This document shows, one piece after another, positions 38,148 to 51,285 of a stretch of 54,533 nucleotides of DNA. The stretch is from assembly GCF_001194135.2 (NCBI RefSeq), contig NC_068999.1, positions 11,277,305 through 11,331,837 of the forward strand. The letters run 5' to 3'. The position numbers and the translations under genes are program-made. Below the pieces are notes generated by a model. That model had not been told where the DNA came from, did no database searches, and was given only the letters and a program-made list of their open reading frames with translations. The stretch comes from Octopus bimaculoides (Eukaryota). Position 1 is the first letter of the stretch. The number at the start of each line of letters is the position of its first letter.

Positions 38148-38425
38148 CTAAGCACCAATGTTGAGAATATTCTATCCTGAAAAAGAGAAGACCAAAATTA
38201 AATAATTTGTGATAATCAAAAGTTGAAGAAAAAGCAAAACATGCATGATTCACATGCTTCGCTATTCTAGAAACATCTTTAAAAGGGTTTCTCTGTTTGT
38301 ATTCTTTAACTTAATCAAATGTTTTGTCGAGCGATACCAAATGTCTTGCATTTTCTCGTGCTATTTCAACGCACGCATGCACACACACAGACATACATAC
38401 ACATGTACACTCACACACATACACA

Positions 38426-38468
<43 letters not shown>

Positions 38469-39083
38469 ACACGCACATATATATATANNNNNNNNNNNNN
38501 NNNNNNNNNNNNNNNNNNNNNNNNNNNNNNNNNNNNNNNNNNNNNNNNNNNNNNNNNNNNNNNNNNNNNNNNNNNNNNNNNNNNNNNNNNNNNNNNNNNN
38601 NNNNNNNNNNNNNNNNNNNNNNNNNNNNNNNNNNNNNNNNNNNNNNNNNNNNNNNNNNNNNNNNNNNNNNNNNNNNNNNNNNNNNNNNNNNNNNNNNNNN
38701 NNNNNNNNNNNNNNNNNNNNNNNNNNNNNNNNNNNNNNNNNNNNNNNNNNNNNNNNNNNNNNNNNNNNNNNNNNNNNNNNNNNNNNNNNNNNNNNNNNNN
38801 NNNNNNNNNNNNNNNNNNNNNNNNNNNNNNNNNNNNNNNNNNNNNNNNNNNNNNNNNNNNNNNNNNNNNNNNNNNNNNNNNNNNNNNNNNNNNNNNNNNN
38901 NNNNNNNNNNNNNNNNNNNNNNNNNNNNNNNNNNNNNNNNNNNNNNNNNNNNNNNNNNNNNNNNNNNNNNNNNNNNNNNNNNNNNNNNNNNNNNNNNNNN
39001 NNNNNNNNNNNNNNNNNNNNNNNNNNNNNNNNNNNNNNNNNNNNNNNNNNNNNNNNNNNNNNNNNNNNNNNNNNNNNNNNNNN

Positions 39084-39118
<35 letters not shown>

Positions 39119-39237
39119 TATATATACATATATATATATACATATATGGGGTTTTGTACTCAGAACATTCGGAATCGGTTAAATACTGCAAGGAATTGTT
39201 TCCATCAATGCAATGTTTACAAGCAGAGCCTGTAATC

Positions 39238-39435
39238 CTGTTCTACTATAGGTGCAGGGGCTGGAATTTAGAGGGTGATGTTTAGTCGGTTAATCGACCC
39301 GAGTGTTCGAATAGTTCTTATTTAATCGACCGTGAAATAGCGAAAGGCGAAGTTGACCTCGTCGATGATTGAACTAAAGAAATGACGCTAAGTATTTTGT
39401 TTAGTGTACTAACGATTATGTTAGCTCGTCGACCT
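39238..39435 (-). mobile_element. SINE family A, diverged
   Basis: ttctactataggtgcagggg..taatcgacccgagt..taatcgacc..aaggcgaagttgacctcg..gacgctaagtatttt. Confidence 0.8.
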
Positions 39436-39844
39436 ATAGTAATCATATTGACTTCGATCATGCGCACAAACCCTAAGGGTAGGCCTTATTAGCTGGAATC
39501 TCCTACATTCCTTGATGGCTATCTTAGTTATTTTGTGATAAGACGTGTTGTTTAGAAGTTGAGTATTGTGGTACATGGTTGGGATACAGGGTGTTCGTTT
39601 CTCTAATCAACCGTGAATTGTTTTAGTTGCCATAAGTACTTCAATACATTTTCTTATTGACTAGGATGGAAGGAAAAAAAGTGCTCAAGATTGAGATTAG
39701 TTTTGAACTAAGAGCGTAAAGAAATACAAATACTACAGCTGGTCTTTTTGACGGAACGACGCCACTACTACTACTACTACTACTACTACAGCTGCAGCTG
39801 CTGAAGATGATGATGATCATGATGATGATGCTACTACCACTACT

Positions 39845-39845
39845 G

Positions 39846-39914
<69 letters not shown>

Positions 39915-39933
39915 GTAATAATAACAATAATAA

Positions 39934-39965
<32 letters not shown>

Positions 39966-39967
39966 TG

Positions 39968-40022
<55 letters not shown>
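39845..40022. repeat. (AAT)n microsatellite
   Basis: Read directly from the sequence. Confidence 0.95.
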
Positions 40023-40023
<1 letters not shown>

Positions 40024-40272
40024 ATAATTATTATTGTTGCTGTTGCTGTTTTTGTTGTTTTTGTTATTACTTCCATGATGCTTTTGGTGAAACGAGAATA
40101 ATATAATGTACTTAGTGACCGGCCAGGAAAAAAAATAAAATTCATTTTTTTTTGTATATATTATTTATCTGCTTTGTCTTTATTATTAATTATTATTCTT
40201 GTTATTATCATCATCGTCAACATGATCATCATGATCCTCCTCCTCCTCCTCCTCCTCATTATTATAATTATT

Positions 40273-40314
<42 letters not shown>

Positions 40315-41860
40315 GGTAGACAGTCTGAAAGTTCGTTTACTTAAGTGAAGGTGGACCAGAATTATATATANNNNNNNNNNNATATATATATATATATATA
40401 TACATACACATATATATATGCGCATATATACATATATATATGTACATATATCTATATATATTTGTATGTGTGTGTGTGCGGGTGTGTGTGTCTGTGTATA
40501 AAAACCTCCTATTGTATCGGTAGACAAAGAAAACGCTCTACTAGGTCCCATTATAATCAGTTAAAGAGCGACCGATTTCCATATCATCGCGAACACCACA
40601 TTGACTACCTTCGACCCCCACCTCCCTCTAGACCCATTAACACCTGCATTGTTTCCATCCTTATCGCCATCATCATTGCCGGCGCCACCACCATCGTTGT
40701 TACCATCAGCATTATCCTCGTCGTCGTCGTCGTCCTCCTCCTCTTCCCTCTCATCATCATCATCATCATCATCGTTATCCTCATCACTGTCGTCGTCATC
40801 GTCGTCGTCATCAAGAACCACAACAACCACACCAGCAGAAGTAAGAACAATGACGGGAACACCAGCGTCCATACGAAACGAGTTGACCAGCAACATTTCC
40901 ACACTGGCCATCGCTTAATACAAACACCCCAGCCAAAGAACTATTTACCATTTATTTTAACGCATTTTAATGTATTGAGATGTGCAATGTATCATCATTG
41001 TCTGGGACTATGATTCCATCACCCACGCTTGGGATATATTATTGTATTGACATCAGGAAAACCTCACATCATCATTGCCCTTATTAAACTCCTAATCCAC
41101 AATTTTGCTATAAACTTTGAAGCACCTTTTCTGCTCAGCAAGTTGCAGAATGTTTTTTTTTTTTCCCCACTTGTTTATGTCTTGTTCTTCCACATGTATC
41201 ATTAACCGTTGTGATATAATTGCAGTTGAAGAATCTAAGTCATAATTCGGTACTAATGGGTTCCTAGAATTTTAGTATTTACTAGTTTTTGAAATCTTTG
41301 CGATTTATATAATCTATCCCGCAGTGTACCAGTCAAGTGTTATGTTTAATGTTTTCTCTATTTTATTAAAACTCTTTCCGCTACACAAACTGGAAACCTG
41401 GGATATTGCCATATCCCTTTGCTTCTCATTTATATTACGTTTGTTGTTTCTGTGTTATTATATTTTATCTTTTTAATTTACTCATTTATTTGCTATTTCC
41501 TCCAAGATTTTTCATTTTCTGTGACCATTGTTTCTGGCAACGTTGTCTATAGCGATCCGTCCGCTGGTCAAAATTCTCTCCGGATTTATTCAACTTCACT
41601 TGGTTTTCTTGCTGTATTGAGTTCCATTTTCACTTTACCAAGTTCTGAAGTTAATCGATTTCAAGCGGGTGTCGAAGTGTATATTTTATTTAATGATTCA
41701 CCGATTCTTAAGACTCCTTGTGCACAAAGTTCTTAGGCCTGAAATGTGTCTTGTCATTACTTTTGTCATAGTATACTATTTTAGTAATATTTATCGATAC
41801 AAATGTTCTTATTACGCGCTTCCTCTATTGATTTCAGTATTAATTGTTGTATGGAATTTG

Positions 41861-41937
<77 letters not shown>

Positions 41938-41940
41938 GCG

Positions 41941-43255
41941 GAAGGCGGTGAGCTGGCACAATCGTTAGCGTAGCGCGCCGGTCGAAATATTTAACGGTAT
42001 TTTTCGCCCGTACCTACGCTCTGAGCTCAAATTCCACCGACGTTGACATTGCCTTTCATCTTTTCGATGTCTACAAATTAAATACTAGAGAAACACTGGT
42101 GTAGATGTAATCAACTAGTCCTTTCCACCCAAATTTCAGCTCTTGTGCCTTTAGTAGGAAAGGTTACAATGGTTATTATGCAAGGCAGTGACCTGGTCGA
42201 ATCATTAATACGCCGGGCCAAATGTTTATCGGTATTTCGCCTGTAGCTCCGTTTTCAGCTGAAATTCCGCCGAGGTCGACCTTGCCGTTCATCCTTTTGG
42301 ACTTGCTAAAATAAGCACCAGTTGTAAACTTGGGATCGATGTAATCGATTCATCCCCTCCCCACATATTGCTGCCCTTGCGGAAAAATTTGGAACCATTA
42401 TTATTTATTTTTATTGTGGAAGGCGTCGAGCTGACAGAAATTTTAGCACTCTGGTGGAAGTGCTTAGCGGCATTTCGTCTGTTGCTGTTCTGAGCTCAAT
42501 TTCGACTATATCGACTTTGCCTTTCATCCTTTCGAGATCGATAAATTAAGTATCAGTTATGTACTGGGGTCGATGTGATAGACAAGTCCCCTCCCCCAAA
42601 ATTTCAAGATTTGTGTCTATAGTAGAACTGATTACTATTATTGATGTTGTTGTCCATGCTGTTGTAATTATTTATGTTTATGATTATTAACAGATTATAG
42701 AATAATTTTACGATCTTTCATCCTTTTGGTGACAATACAATAAATACCAGCTACGCACTTGGGTCAATGTAATCGACTTACTTCCTCCCGCAATCGGCTT
42801 GCCCCCTCCCCCTATCGTAGGAATGATTATTTTCGTTTTTGCTGTTATTTTAGTTGTTATTATTAACGAGGAATGCTGAAAGAATAATCGTTACGATCCA
42901 ATTTCAAATTCTGAAGTCGACTTTGTCTTTCACCATTTCGGGGTCGATGAAATCAACTAGGTGCCAACCCCAAAATTTCACGCCTTGTGCCAATCAAAGA
43001 AAGGACATGTTCCGATAAAACATCAGTAACTCATCTGACAAAACTCTTAGAGGTATTTATTCCAGTTCTTTTCGTTGTAAGTTCAAATTCTGCCGAGTAT
43101 TGAACACTAAGATCGATATTATCGACTTGCCACCTTCTAGAAATGTTTATTAATGTTAATGCGATATAGTGGCAGAACCTCAGATGAATAACTTAATGGC
43201 ATTTCTTGCGAGGGTTTTCAGGTTATAATCCCGCCGAAATCAACTCGGTCTTCCA
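41941..43255 (+). mobile_element. Head-to-tail cluster of about 7 SINE family A copies
   Basis: Full copies start near 41941, 42182 and 42420. Partial copies near 42705, 42880, 43040 and 43165. Confidence 0.85.
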
Positions 43256-44631
43256 ATTGTAACATCCTATTCTTTCTAAACCAAAATCATGTTAAATTAA
43301 TAAAACCTAGTCATTCCCAACATTTTTTATTATCTCCCTTACACCGAAAAAAAACCATGTTTACCTTCCCAATCTCATAGAGAAGAGATGACAATATCGG
43401 TAAAGAAATTTGAAAAAATTTGAAAAGAAATTACGAAACCGGTTATTTCTCCAAAAACCATGTTATTGTACACAAAATGTTATAACATTTTTCTAATATA
43501 ACGATTTGAATATATTCTTTAAACATATAACACAAATTTTCTGTAGTTTTTTTTTTACTCTGGTTTGTCTCTTNNNNNNNNNNNNNNNNNNNNNNNNNNN
43601 NNNNNNNNNNNNNNNNNNNNNNNNNNNNNNNNNNNNNNNNNNNNNNNNNNNNNNNNNNNNNNNNNNNNNNNNNNNNNNNNNNNNNNNNNNNNNNNNNNNN
43701 NNNNNNNNNNNNNNNNNNNNNNNNNNNNNNNNNNNNNNNNNNNNNNNNNNNNNNNNNNNNNNNNNNNNNNNNNNNNNNNNNNNNNNNNNNNNNNNNNNNN
43801 NNNNNNNNNNNNNNNNNNNNNNNNNNNNNNNNNNNNNNNNNNNNNNNNNNNNNNNNNNNNNNNNNNNNNNNNNNNNNNNNNNNNNNNNNNNNNNNNNNNN
43901 NNNNNNNNNNNNNNNNNNNNNNNNNNNNNNNNNNNNNNNNNNNNNNNNNNNNNNNNNNNNNNNNNNNNNNNNNNNNNNNNNNNNNNNNNNNNNNNNNNNN
44001 NNNNNNNNNNNNNNNNNNNNNNNNNNNNNNNNNNNNNNNNNNNNNNNNNNNNNNNNNNNNNNNNNNNNNNNNNNNNNNNNNNNNNNNNNNNNNNNNNNNN
44101 ATATATATAAATGTATATATGTTGGTACATATGTATGTATGTAAGTACGTATATACGTATATATGTATGTATGGCTTTATGAGAAGCTTTGAGACGCGTT
44201 AACACATTCTGTTTTGCTTTCTGCGGGCCTTAACAGCGTTAGGTCCGACTCGGCGGGTCGTTTTTGTCTTGTATTTAATGGTTTTCCTCCCTTTGATACT
44301 TACTGAATGGTGGCTGCTTTGTTTTCAGTTATATTTATGAATATATAATATATATGATTTAAAATATGCAATATAAATCAATTAAATATAAGGCTTTGCA
44401 ACCATTCCTCAACAATTTGACCGATATACTGCTTAATATATCTTTATAATTAATTCACGTGTGGAGGCAATTTTTTTCCGACATTTTTCTTATCATCCCA
44501 GCTACGTAAAACGTTGAGATCTCAGCTATTGAGTAATTACGGTTCCCTCCTTTATTCTTTTAAATAAACACCAGCGCACGCAAACACATGGATACTCACA
44601 CAAACACACACACACACACACGCACACACAC

Positions 44632-44667
<36 letters not shown>

Positions 44668-46020
44668 AAACACACACAAACACACACAGACAGGTATGTG
44701 TGATACGTTGTAGGTTCATTCTATTCGAGTTCATCACCAGCCTAGGTATATATTCGAATCAGAATGTGTGGTACTTGAAGATGATTCGGGTGTGTAATTT
44801 AAACGCAAATTNNNNNNNNNNNNNNNNNNNNNNNNNNNNNNNNNNNNNNNNNNNNNNNNNNNNNNNNNNNNNNNNNNNNNNNNNNNNNNNNNNNNNNNNN
44901 NNNNNNNNNNNNNNNNNNNNNNNNNNNNNNNNNNNNNNNNNNNNNNNNNNNNNNNNNNNNNNNNNNNNNNNNNNNNNNNNNNNNNNNNNNNNNNNNNNNN
45001 NNNNNNNNNNNNNNNNNNNNNNNNNNNNNNNNNNNNNNNNNNNNNNNNNNNNNNNNNNNNNNNNNNNNNNNNNNNNNNNNNNNNNNNNNNNNNNNNNNNN
45101 NNNNNNNNNNNNNNNNNNNNNNNNNNNNNNNNNNNNNNNNNNNNNNNNNNNNNNNNNNNNNNNNNNNNNNNNNNNNNNNNNNNNNNNNNNNNNNNNNNNN
45201 NNNNNNNNNNNNNNNNNNNNNNNNNNNNNNNNNNNNNNNNNNNNNNNNNNNNNNNNNNNNNNNNNNNNNNNNNNNNNNNNNNNNNNNNNNNNNNNNNNNN
45301 NNNNNNNNNNNNNNNNNNNNNNNNNNNNNNNNNNNNNNNNNNNNNNNNNNNNNNNNNNNNNNNNNNNNNNNNNNNNNNNNNNNNNNNNNNNNNNNNNNNN
45401 NNNNNNNNNNNNNNNNNNNNNNNNNNNNNNNNNNNNNNNNNNNNNNNNNNNNNNNNNNNNNNNNNNNNNNNNNNNNNNNNNNNNNNNNNNNNNNNNNNNN
45501 NNNNNNNNNNNNNNNNNNNNNNNNNNNNNNNNNNNNNNNNNNNNNNNNNNNNNNNNNNNNNNNNNNNNNNNNNNNNNNNNNNNNNNNNNNNNNNNNNNNN
45601 NNNNNNNNNNNNNNNNNNNNNNNNNNNNNNNNNNNNNNNNNNNNNNNNNNNNNNNNNNNNNNNNNNNNNNNNNNNNNNNNNNNNNNNNNNNNNNNNNNNN
45701 NNNNNNNNNNNNNNNNNNNNNNNNNNNNNNNNNNNNNNNNNNNNNNNNNNNNNNNNNNNNNNNNNNNNNNNNNNNNGTCTGTTCGTATGCGCACGCATAC
45801 ACATTCTGTTCGAGGTAAGACAGATTTGCTAATACGTTTGTTAGGTGTCTAAAAATATACACGCCTGATAGGAGACATTTTCTTCACACAATGCGTGGGA
45901 AAAGTTAAAGTTCTGTTGTATAGCTACGAGCAGATCAAACGAACTCAGACGAAGAAACCGGTTGATGGTCATTATTAAAGCTCACAGTATTAGTAGTGCT
46001 TCGCAGCACACACACACAAA

Positions 46021-46065
<45 letters not shown>

Positions 46066-46306
46066 GCACACACACACACATATACACGCACACACACACA
46101 TATATATGTATTAGTGCGTGTGTTTGTGTGTTCATGTATATATATATATATGTCTATAATTGTTCATGTATGTGTAAAGTCTGAAGTGAGTCTAAGATTA
46201 GTGATACGCATGCAAATGTTTGTGCGACTGCGTGTATCCGTGTATATATGTGAGTAATTATATATGCATCAATACAAGCATGTATATATCAATTTGCGTA
46301 TGTATG

Positions 46307-46337
<31 letters not shown>

Positions 46338-46748
46338 GTATATATATGTATTCTTATATATATATTCTTTTATCTATCTATCTATCTATCTGTATATCTG
46401 TCTGTCTATCTTCCTACCTATATATATAAATATAAATATATATATATATGTGTGTGTGTGTGTGTATATGTATATATATGCATAGATACGTAATATATAT
46501 ATACATGCTTGTATTGATGNNNNNNNNNNNNNNNNNNNNNNNNNNNNNNNNNNNNNNNNNNNNNNNNNNNNNNNNNNNNNNNNNNNNNNNNNNNNNNNNN
46601 NNNNNNNNNNNNNNNNNNNNNNNNNNNNNNNNNNNNNNNNNNNNNNNNNNNNNNNNNNNNNNNNNNNNNNNNNNNNNNNNNNNNNNNNNNNNNNNNNNNN
46701 NNNNNNNNNNNNNNNNNNNNNNNNNNNNNNNNNNNNNNNNNNNNNNNN

Positions 46749-46780
<32 letters not shown>

Positions 46781-47018
46781 GTACATTCATAATCAAAGAC
46801 AAACACACACACGTCTATTTATACGATTGCGTGTCTATGTGTGCATATATGTCTCTACGTGAATATGAAAATTGTCAGAAAGCAAATAAAAAATAGAAAA
46901 CAGAACGCGGCAGACATACATTCGCCACGGTGGGAATATATAAACAGGCTCAGTACACAGTGAAAATCCAGACGGATTGGTATTAAAAATATGAAAAACA
47001 AATATATATTCGGGGTGG

Positions 47019-47295
47019 GGGCACATGGCCTTGTGTTTGGGGCGTTGCACCTACGATCTAGATAACACGATTTCAATTTCTATACCGGGTGGTGAACTGT
47101 GTTATTGAGCAAAACTCTTCATCTCACTTAGCTATGCGATCACTACGACACCGGACGAGTGGTACTGACTGCACCTCTTCAGAGAACATGCATAGATGGA
47201 TAGAGTGAGCTAATGCTGTCCACATACGTCTGGTCACTATAAACAATTCATTTGTGCCGGAAGTTCGGCATAAGCTGAACGCCCACACGCGTCAA
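47019..47295 (+). mobile_element. tRNA-derived SINE family D (head and centre shared with family C, different 3' body)
   Basis: ggcacatggccttgtgtttggggcgttg..ctgtgttattgagcaaaactcttcatctcac. Confidence 0.65.
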
Positions 47296-47506
47296 ATATA
47301 TATATGTGTAAGTAATAGTAACTCTTAGCTTGAGTGGGTCATGGTGCCCCATAGATGACTAAAAGACTTCACCAGGTGGTGTTATGAAGTTACACATGTC
47401 CTGGGCCTATATTGACCGAAACCTATCAAAGTTATGTAAATAGTTATAACTTTAATGCTGTAGTCAACTCCCTAGTACGCCTTCGATAAATTTATGCATG
47501 CTTATG

Positions 47507-47730
47507 TACAAGGGTGTGCTGGAAAGTTCCTTGCTTTAAGTTGTATTGCGAAGAGCCTTGCTGGAAGTCCAACCTTCTGACTTGTTTTACTCGGCTTACA
47601 GCATATGAAGGAATACTGTAAAACGTGTATAAACCTGAGAGGGGTATATGTTGAATGGGATTTTAATTAGTAGATCCTCCTATATTGTTTTTTTTACTCA
47701 AAGTCAGGAACTTATCACCACGCCCTCGTA
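47507..47730 (+). mobile_element. Mariner-derived MITE with TIRs and TA duplication
   Basis: Left TAcaagggtgtgctggaaagttccttgctt and right aagtcaggaacttatcaccacgccctcgTA are imperfect inverted repeats. Internal remnant CKTCINLRGVYVE resembles a mariner transposase end. Confidence 0.85.
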
Positions 47731-49845
47731 TGTCTGTATGTGAGTTTGTATTGATATGTATGACCGTGTTTGTGTATGATTTGCTTGAGGGAAGATAATG
47801 TTATATACGAATTAAGAAGACGGTTTCAACGTGATATTTTTGGTCAAATTTCAATTCATGAAATATTAATATTAGATCATTCATTTGATGTATTCTAATC
47901 AACGAAAAAATATGTGTCAGCTAAGTTGTCGGTGAAGATTGAGCAGGCTGAGATTCAGTTGGTCGCAGTCTTTCATTACATCGGTATCTAAAGACAATGG
48001 TGGTAGTCTCATACATGTTACAAAGCCGCACTCGCTCGTGAGCAACGATTTGCCGTAATATATTGTATTAATATATGGCCATTCTGGGGTCATTGATAAT
48101 TTCGATCAAAACAGATACTGAACTAAAATGAAAATCAATGAAATCATTGACGAGAAGAAAATTGATTGATAAAAATCATGCAAGATATTCTTATATTGGA
48201 AACATGCTGTTAATGCTTACAAGAGGCTAGACTTCACTAAATGCACACAAAGACGCCATTTTGTGGTGTAAACCTGATTACGTGGTATGCTTACCTGTGA
48301 TTAAAAAGGGATAGAATACCGCCTTTTATTATATTCTCAATTTAACAATTATGTCTCAAGGTTTTGGTTAACCCTGACCTATCGCCTAATACATCCTCCC
48401 AAATACCGCACGATCGCAGTGAACCGAACGCTATGTAATTTCGTTGCGAAATATAATACCCTGTCGTTACGCATATCATTAGATAAAAGTGAGAGCTTTT
48501 ATTGCGTGTATTTTCTTTTTTCCTTTGGATTTTCGTTGGTAGCCCATTGTACTGGAAAAATCGGTACAACGTGACCCTTTATACTATGCGGAATATGGTC
48601 ACTTGGCATTTTCCTTTGGCTATGAAACCCAATTCAAGTCCAGTTCACAATACTAGCGATATCAATAAAATAATTACCAGTCTAATTACATGATTGAAAC
48701 ATTTGAATTCAGATAAAAAAAAGTAACAGTGCCGCCAGGCATAGCTGTACTCCCTAAACACAGATTCTAGTAAAGGCGTGTGATAATTCTACTGTAACTC
48801 TGACAATATCAGTGGTAAACAATAATTATTTTACAATAAGAATATTTTCATGGCTAGAATAAGAATTAGGAAGACAACACTCCTGAATTAGTTTCAGGTG
48901 TACTATGGGAACGGTTTGAGAAAAGGAAATAGGAACCCAGCGTATTAGCCAGTTGCTTTTATCAGAAGAGTAAATTGTTTTATGTTGCTTAATGTCCAGT
49001 TGTTCGTATTTAGCTGAAATCCCTAAGCACCTATAAAGTTCATATTATGCTCACCTGAAGATTTTACCGGGTAATGGTTTCAAAATGTGCTGCTCATTGA
49101 GTTTTAAAAGCTGCAAATTTAACAGAAAAATATGGTATTTACTGCATTGCTATGGCTACTTTCATATATATATATATATNNNNNNNNNNATCGTATTTAA
49201 AATTATGAAAAACCTGTTAAACTTTCACTAAAATGTGATACCAAAATTTATTCGTGTAATTTGAAGCTATTTAAATTCCCGATAAATGATAGCGACGGCA
49301 GAAAAAATGCTCCAATATTACCACATTTCATTTAATCCTCCTAAAGATAGGCACCTCTAGAACCAAGGCAACCATTTTACAGAAAACGCCTGCCTTTGTA
49401 CATCTGCAAAGTCAATAAAACTAAAATTAAACTTTGACAGACAAAACATTTAGTGCCATTACTCAAGGAATTCATATCGCTGTGTCTTTACTATTTCATG
49501 TACTTTTTCTGTATTGATTTTTCTTTAGAGAGTAACATAAAGATCGATTTTTGTAAAAGCTATTTATGAGATTAAATTTGCCATGTTAAAAAGAAATGTT
49601 AATAAAATTGATCGCATAATGCGATTGATAAATGCTTAAGGTGTTGGGCTGGCCGAAACGTTAGTTCCTCGGGTGGAAAGTCTTGCAACATTTAGCTATT
49701 TTTCCAATTTCAACAATATCGATAACATAAGTTCTGGTCGTGTTTACTCTGAAATTATTTGGACATGTGCACATGTAATAAACAATTATTGAAAACAGGT
49801 AGTGGTGCCTGTCTTTGCACGAGTTTATTCATTTCTAAAGCAAAT

Positions 49846-50050
49846 ATTCTTTTCTACTCTAGGCACAACGCTCGAAATTTTGGGGGAGGGGCCAGTCGAT
49901 AAGAACGACCCGAGTACGCAACTGGTAGTTAATTTATCGACCCTGAAAGGCAAAGTGGTCCTGGCCGGATTTTGAACTCAGAACGTAAAGCCAGAAGAAA
50001 TACCGCTAAGAATTTCACCCGGCGTTCCGTTTCTGGCAGATCGCCGACTT
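49846..50050 (-). mobile_element. SINE family A
   Basis: Full head-to-tail match to the family. Confidence 0.9.
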
Positions 50051-50059
50051 CTATAAAAA

Positions 50060-50272
50060 ATTCTTCTCTACTCTAGGCAAAAGGCCCGAAATTTTGGGGA
50101 GGAGCCAATCGAATAGATCGACCTCAGTACGCAAATGTTATTTAATTTATTGACCCCCGAGAGCATGAAATGCAAAGTGGACCTCAGTGGAATTTGAGCC
50201 CAGAACATAAAGACAGACAAATATCGCTAGGCATTTCGCCAGTGTGCTAACGTTTCTGCCGGCGCGCCACGT
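50060..50272 (-). mobile_element. SINE family A
   Basis: Full head-to-tail match; reverse-complement B-box-like gggctcaaattcc. Confidence 0.9.
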
Positions 50273-50299
50273 TATTTCTAGAGTAAATATTAGTACATG

Positions 50300-50410
50300 A
50301 ATTCACAACGTGGTCGAGCCGGGACTATAGTAAACTTTACTTGCCTAAGGTCCCACGAAGTGAGACTGAACCCAAAACCATGAAGTTGAGAAGCAAGCTA
50401 GTTCCCACAT
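50300..50410 (-). mobile_element. SINE family B head fragment
   Basis: ggtcgagccgggactatag..ttgcctaaggtcccacgaagtgagactgaacccaaaaccatg. Confidence 0.75.
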
Positions 50411-51070
50411 TGGTTCACTCGTAAGTGTTCACCCGGTAATCCGTTTTGGGATTCACCTGAGCTTCATCAAATATGCAAAACTCAATTGAACAAGCAGATA
50501 AATACATGCATTACACAGAGGAAGACATCGTTTGACCTTGAATCTAAAGGAATTTCTATGGAAAATTTCATCCACCTAAATGCAAAATCTCTTACATATA
50601 AAGTGAAGATACTCATACGTGCAGGTATATATACTTTCCTTATCAGCAAAATCCATGCGGAAGATTTTCAGATTTCTGTACAACTATTTTCATAAAACAC
50701 GAGGATTCTCTGTTATCATATTTTCCTTTCTCCTTACCATATCGTTCTTAATATTCACTGACTTAGATCTTACTTTCAGTTTCATTTTGTTCGGTGTTAT
50801 GTGCGTCGATGAATTCAGTGTCATTTCCTGTTCCATGTCGTTTTAAATTGCCTCAAGATGATATGAAGTTCATTGTAACTTTTTGGAAACGTATTACTAA
50901 TATCAAAATAACAAGGAAACCTCAGGTTTTTAGATCCAATTGCTAAAAATGAAAACAAAGTCACCTTCAAATTATCTTAACCGATACAATAAGCGGAGGG
51001 GTTAGGACACGGTGTACAACATCCCCGTATTTATCACCGAATGTAACGGTATATACATAATGCAAATTAC

Positions 51071-51285
51071 TACGAGAGGGAGCTGAGAATTTCCTCGCTT
51101 TGGGTTTGAGAAAATACAGGAGGATAAGGTAATTATGATTTTATTCGACATATTTCCCTTTCAGAGTCAGATTATTGCAGCAGTCCTTCAGTTTTCTTAA
51201 GCCCTGTAAATGAACTCGGCAGTTCAGCCCCACGAGGCTGTTTGCCTTACTCTTAATCCCAATAAATTTTCGGTACAACTTCGTA
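51071..51285 (-). mobile_element. Second copy of the mariner-derived MITE, opposite orientation, more diverged
   Basis: TAcgagagggagctgagaatttcctcgctt ... cttcgTA. Internal aatacaggaggat..attttattcgacatatttccctttcag matches the reverse complement of about 47625-47695. Confidence 0.75.

Noticed and set aside
44506-44542. Strong acceptor with a possible 31-nt microexon ([10 protein letters not shown])
   Set aside because: Weak donor; such signals are expected by chance in 54 kb.
48543-48660. Protein-like frame PIVLEKSVQRDPLYYAEYGHLAFSFGYETQFK after a pyrimidine tract and AG
   Set aside because: No convincing donor before the stop and no family recognised; a blastx would settle it.
49640-49680. 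ggccgaaacgtt Penelope or hammerhead-like end
   Set aside because: No CUGANGA-like core upstream.
50190-50272. tRNA gene calls on SINE heads
   Set aside because: Only A- and B-box-like motifs; no cloverleaf, and each continues into a SINE body.
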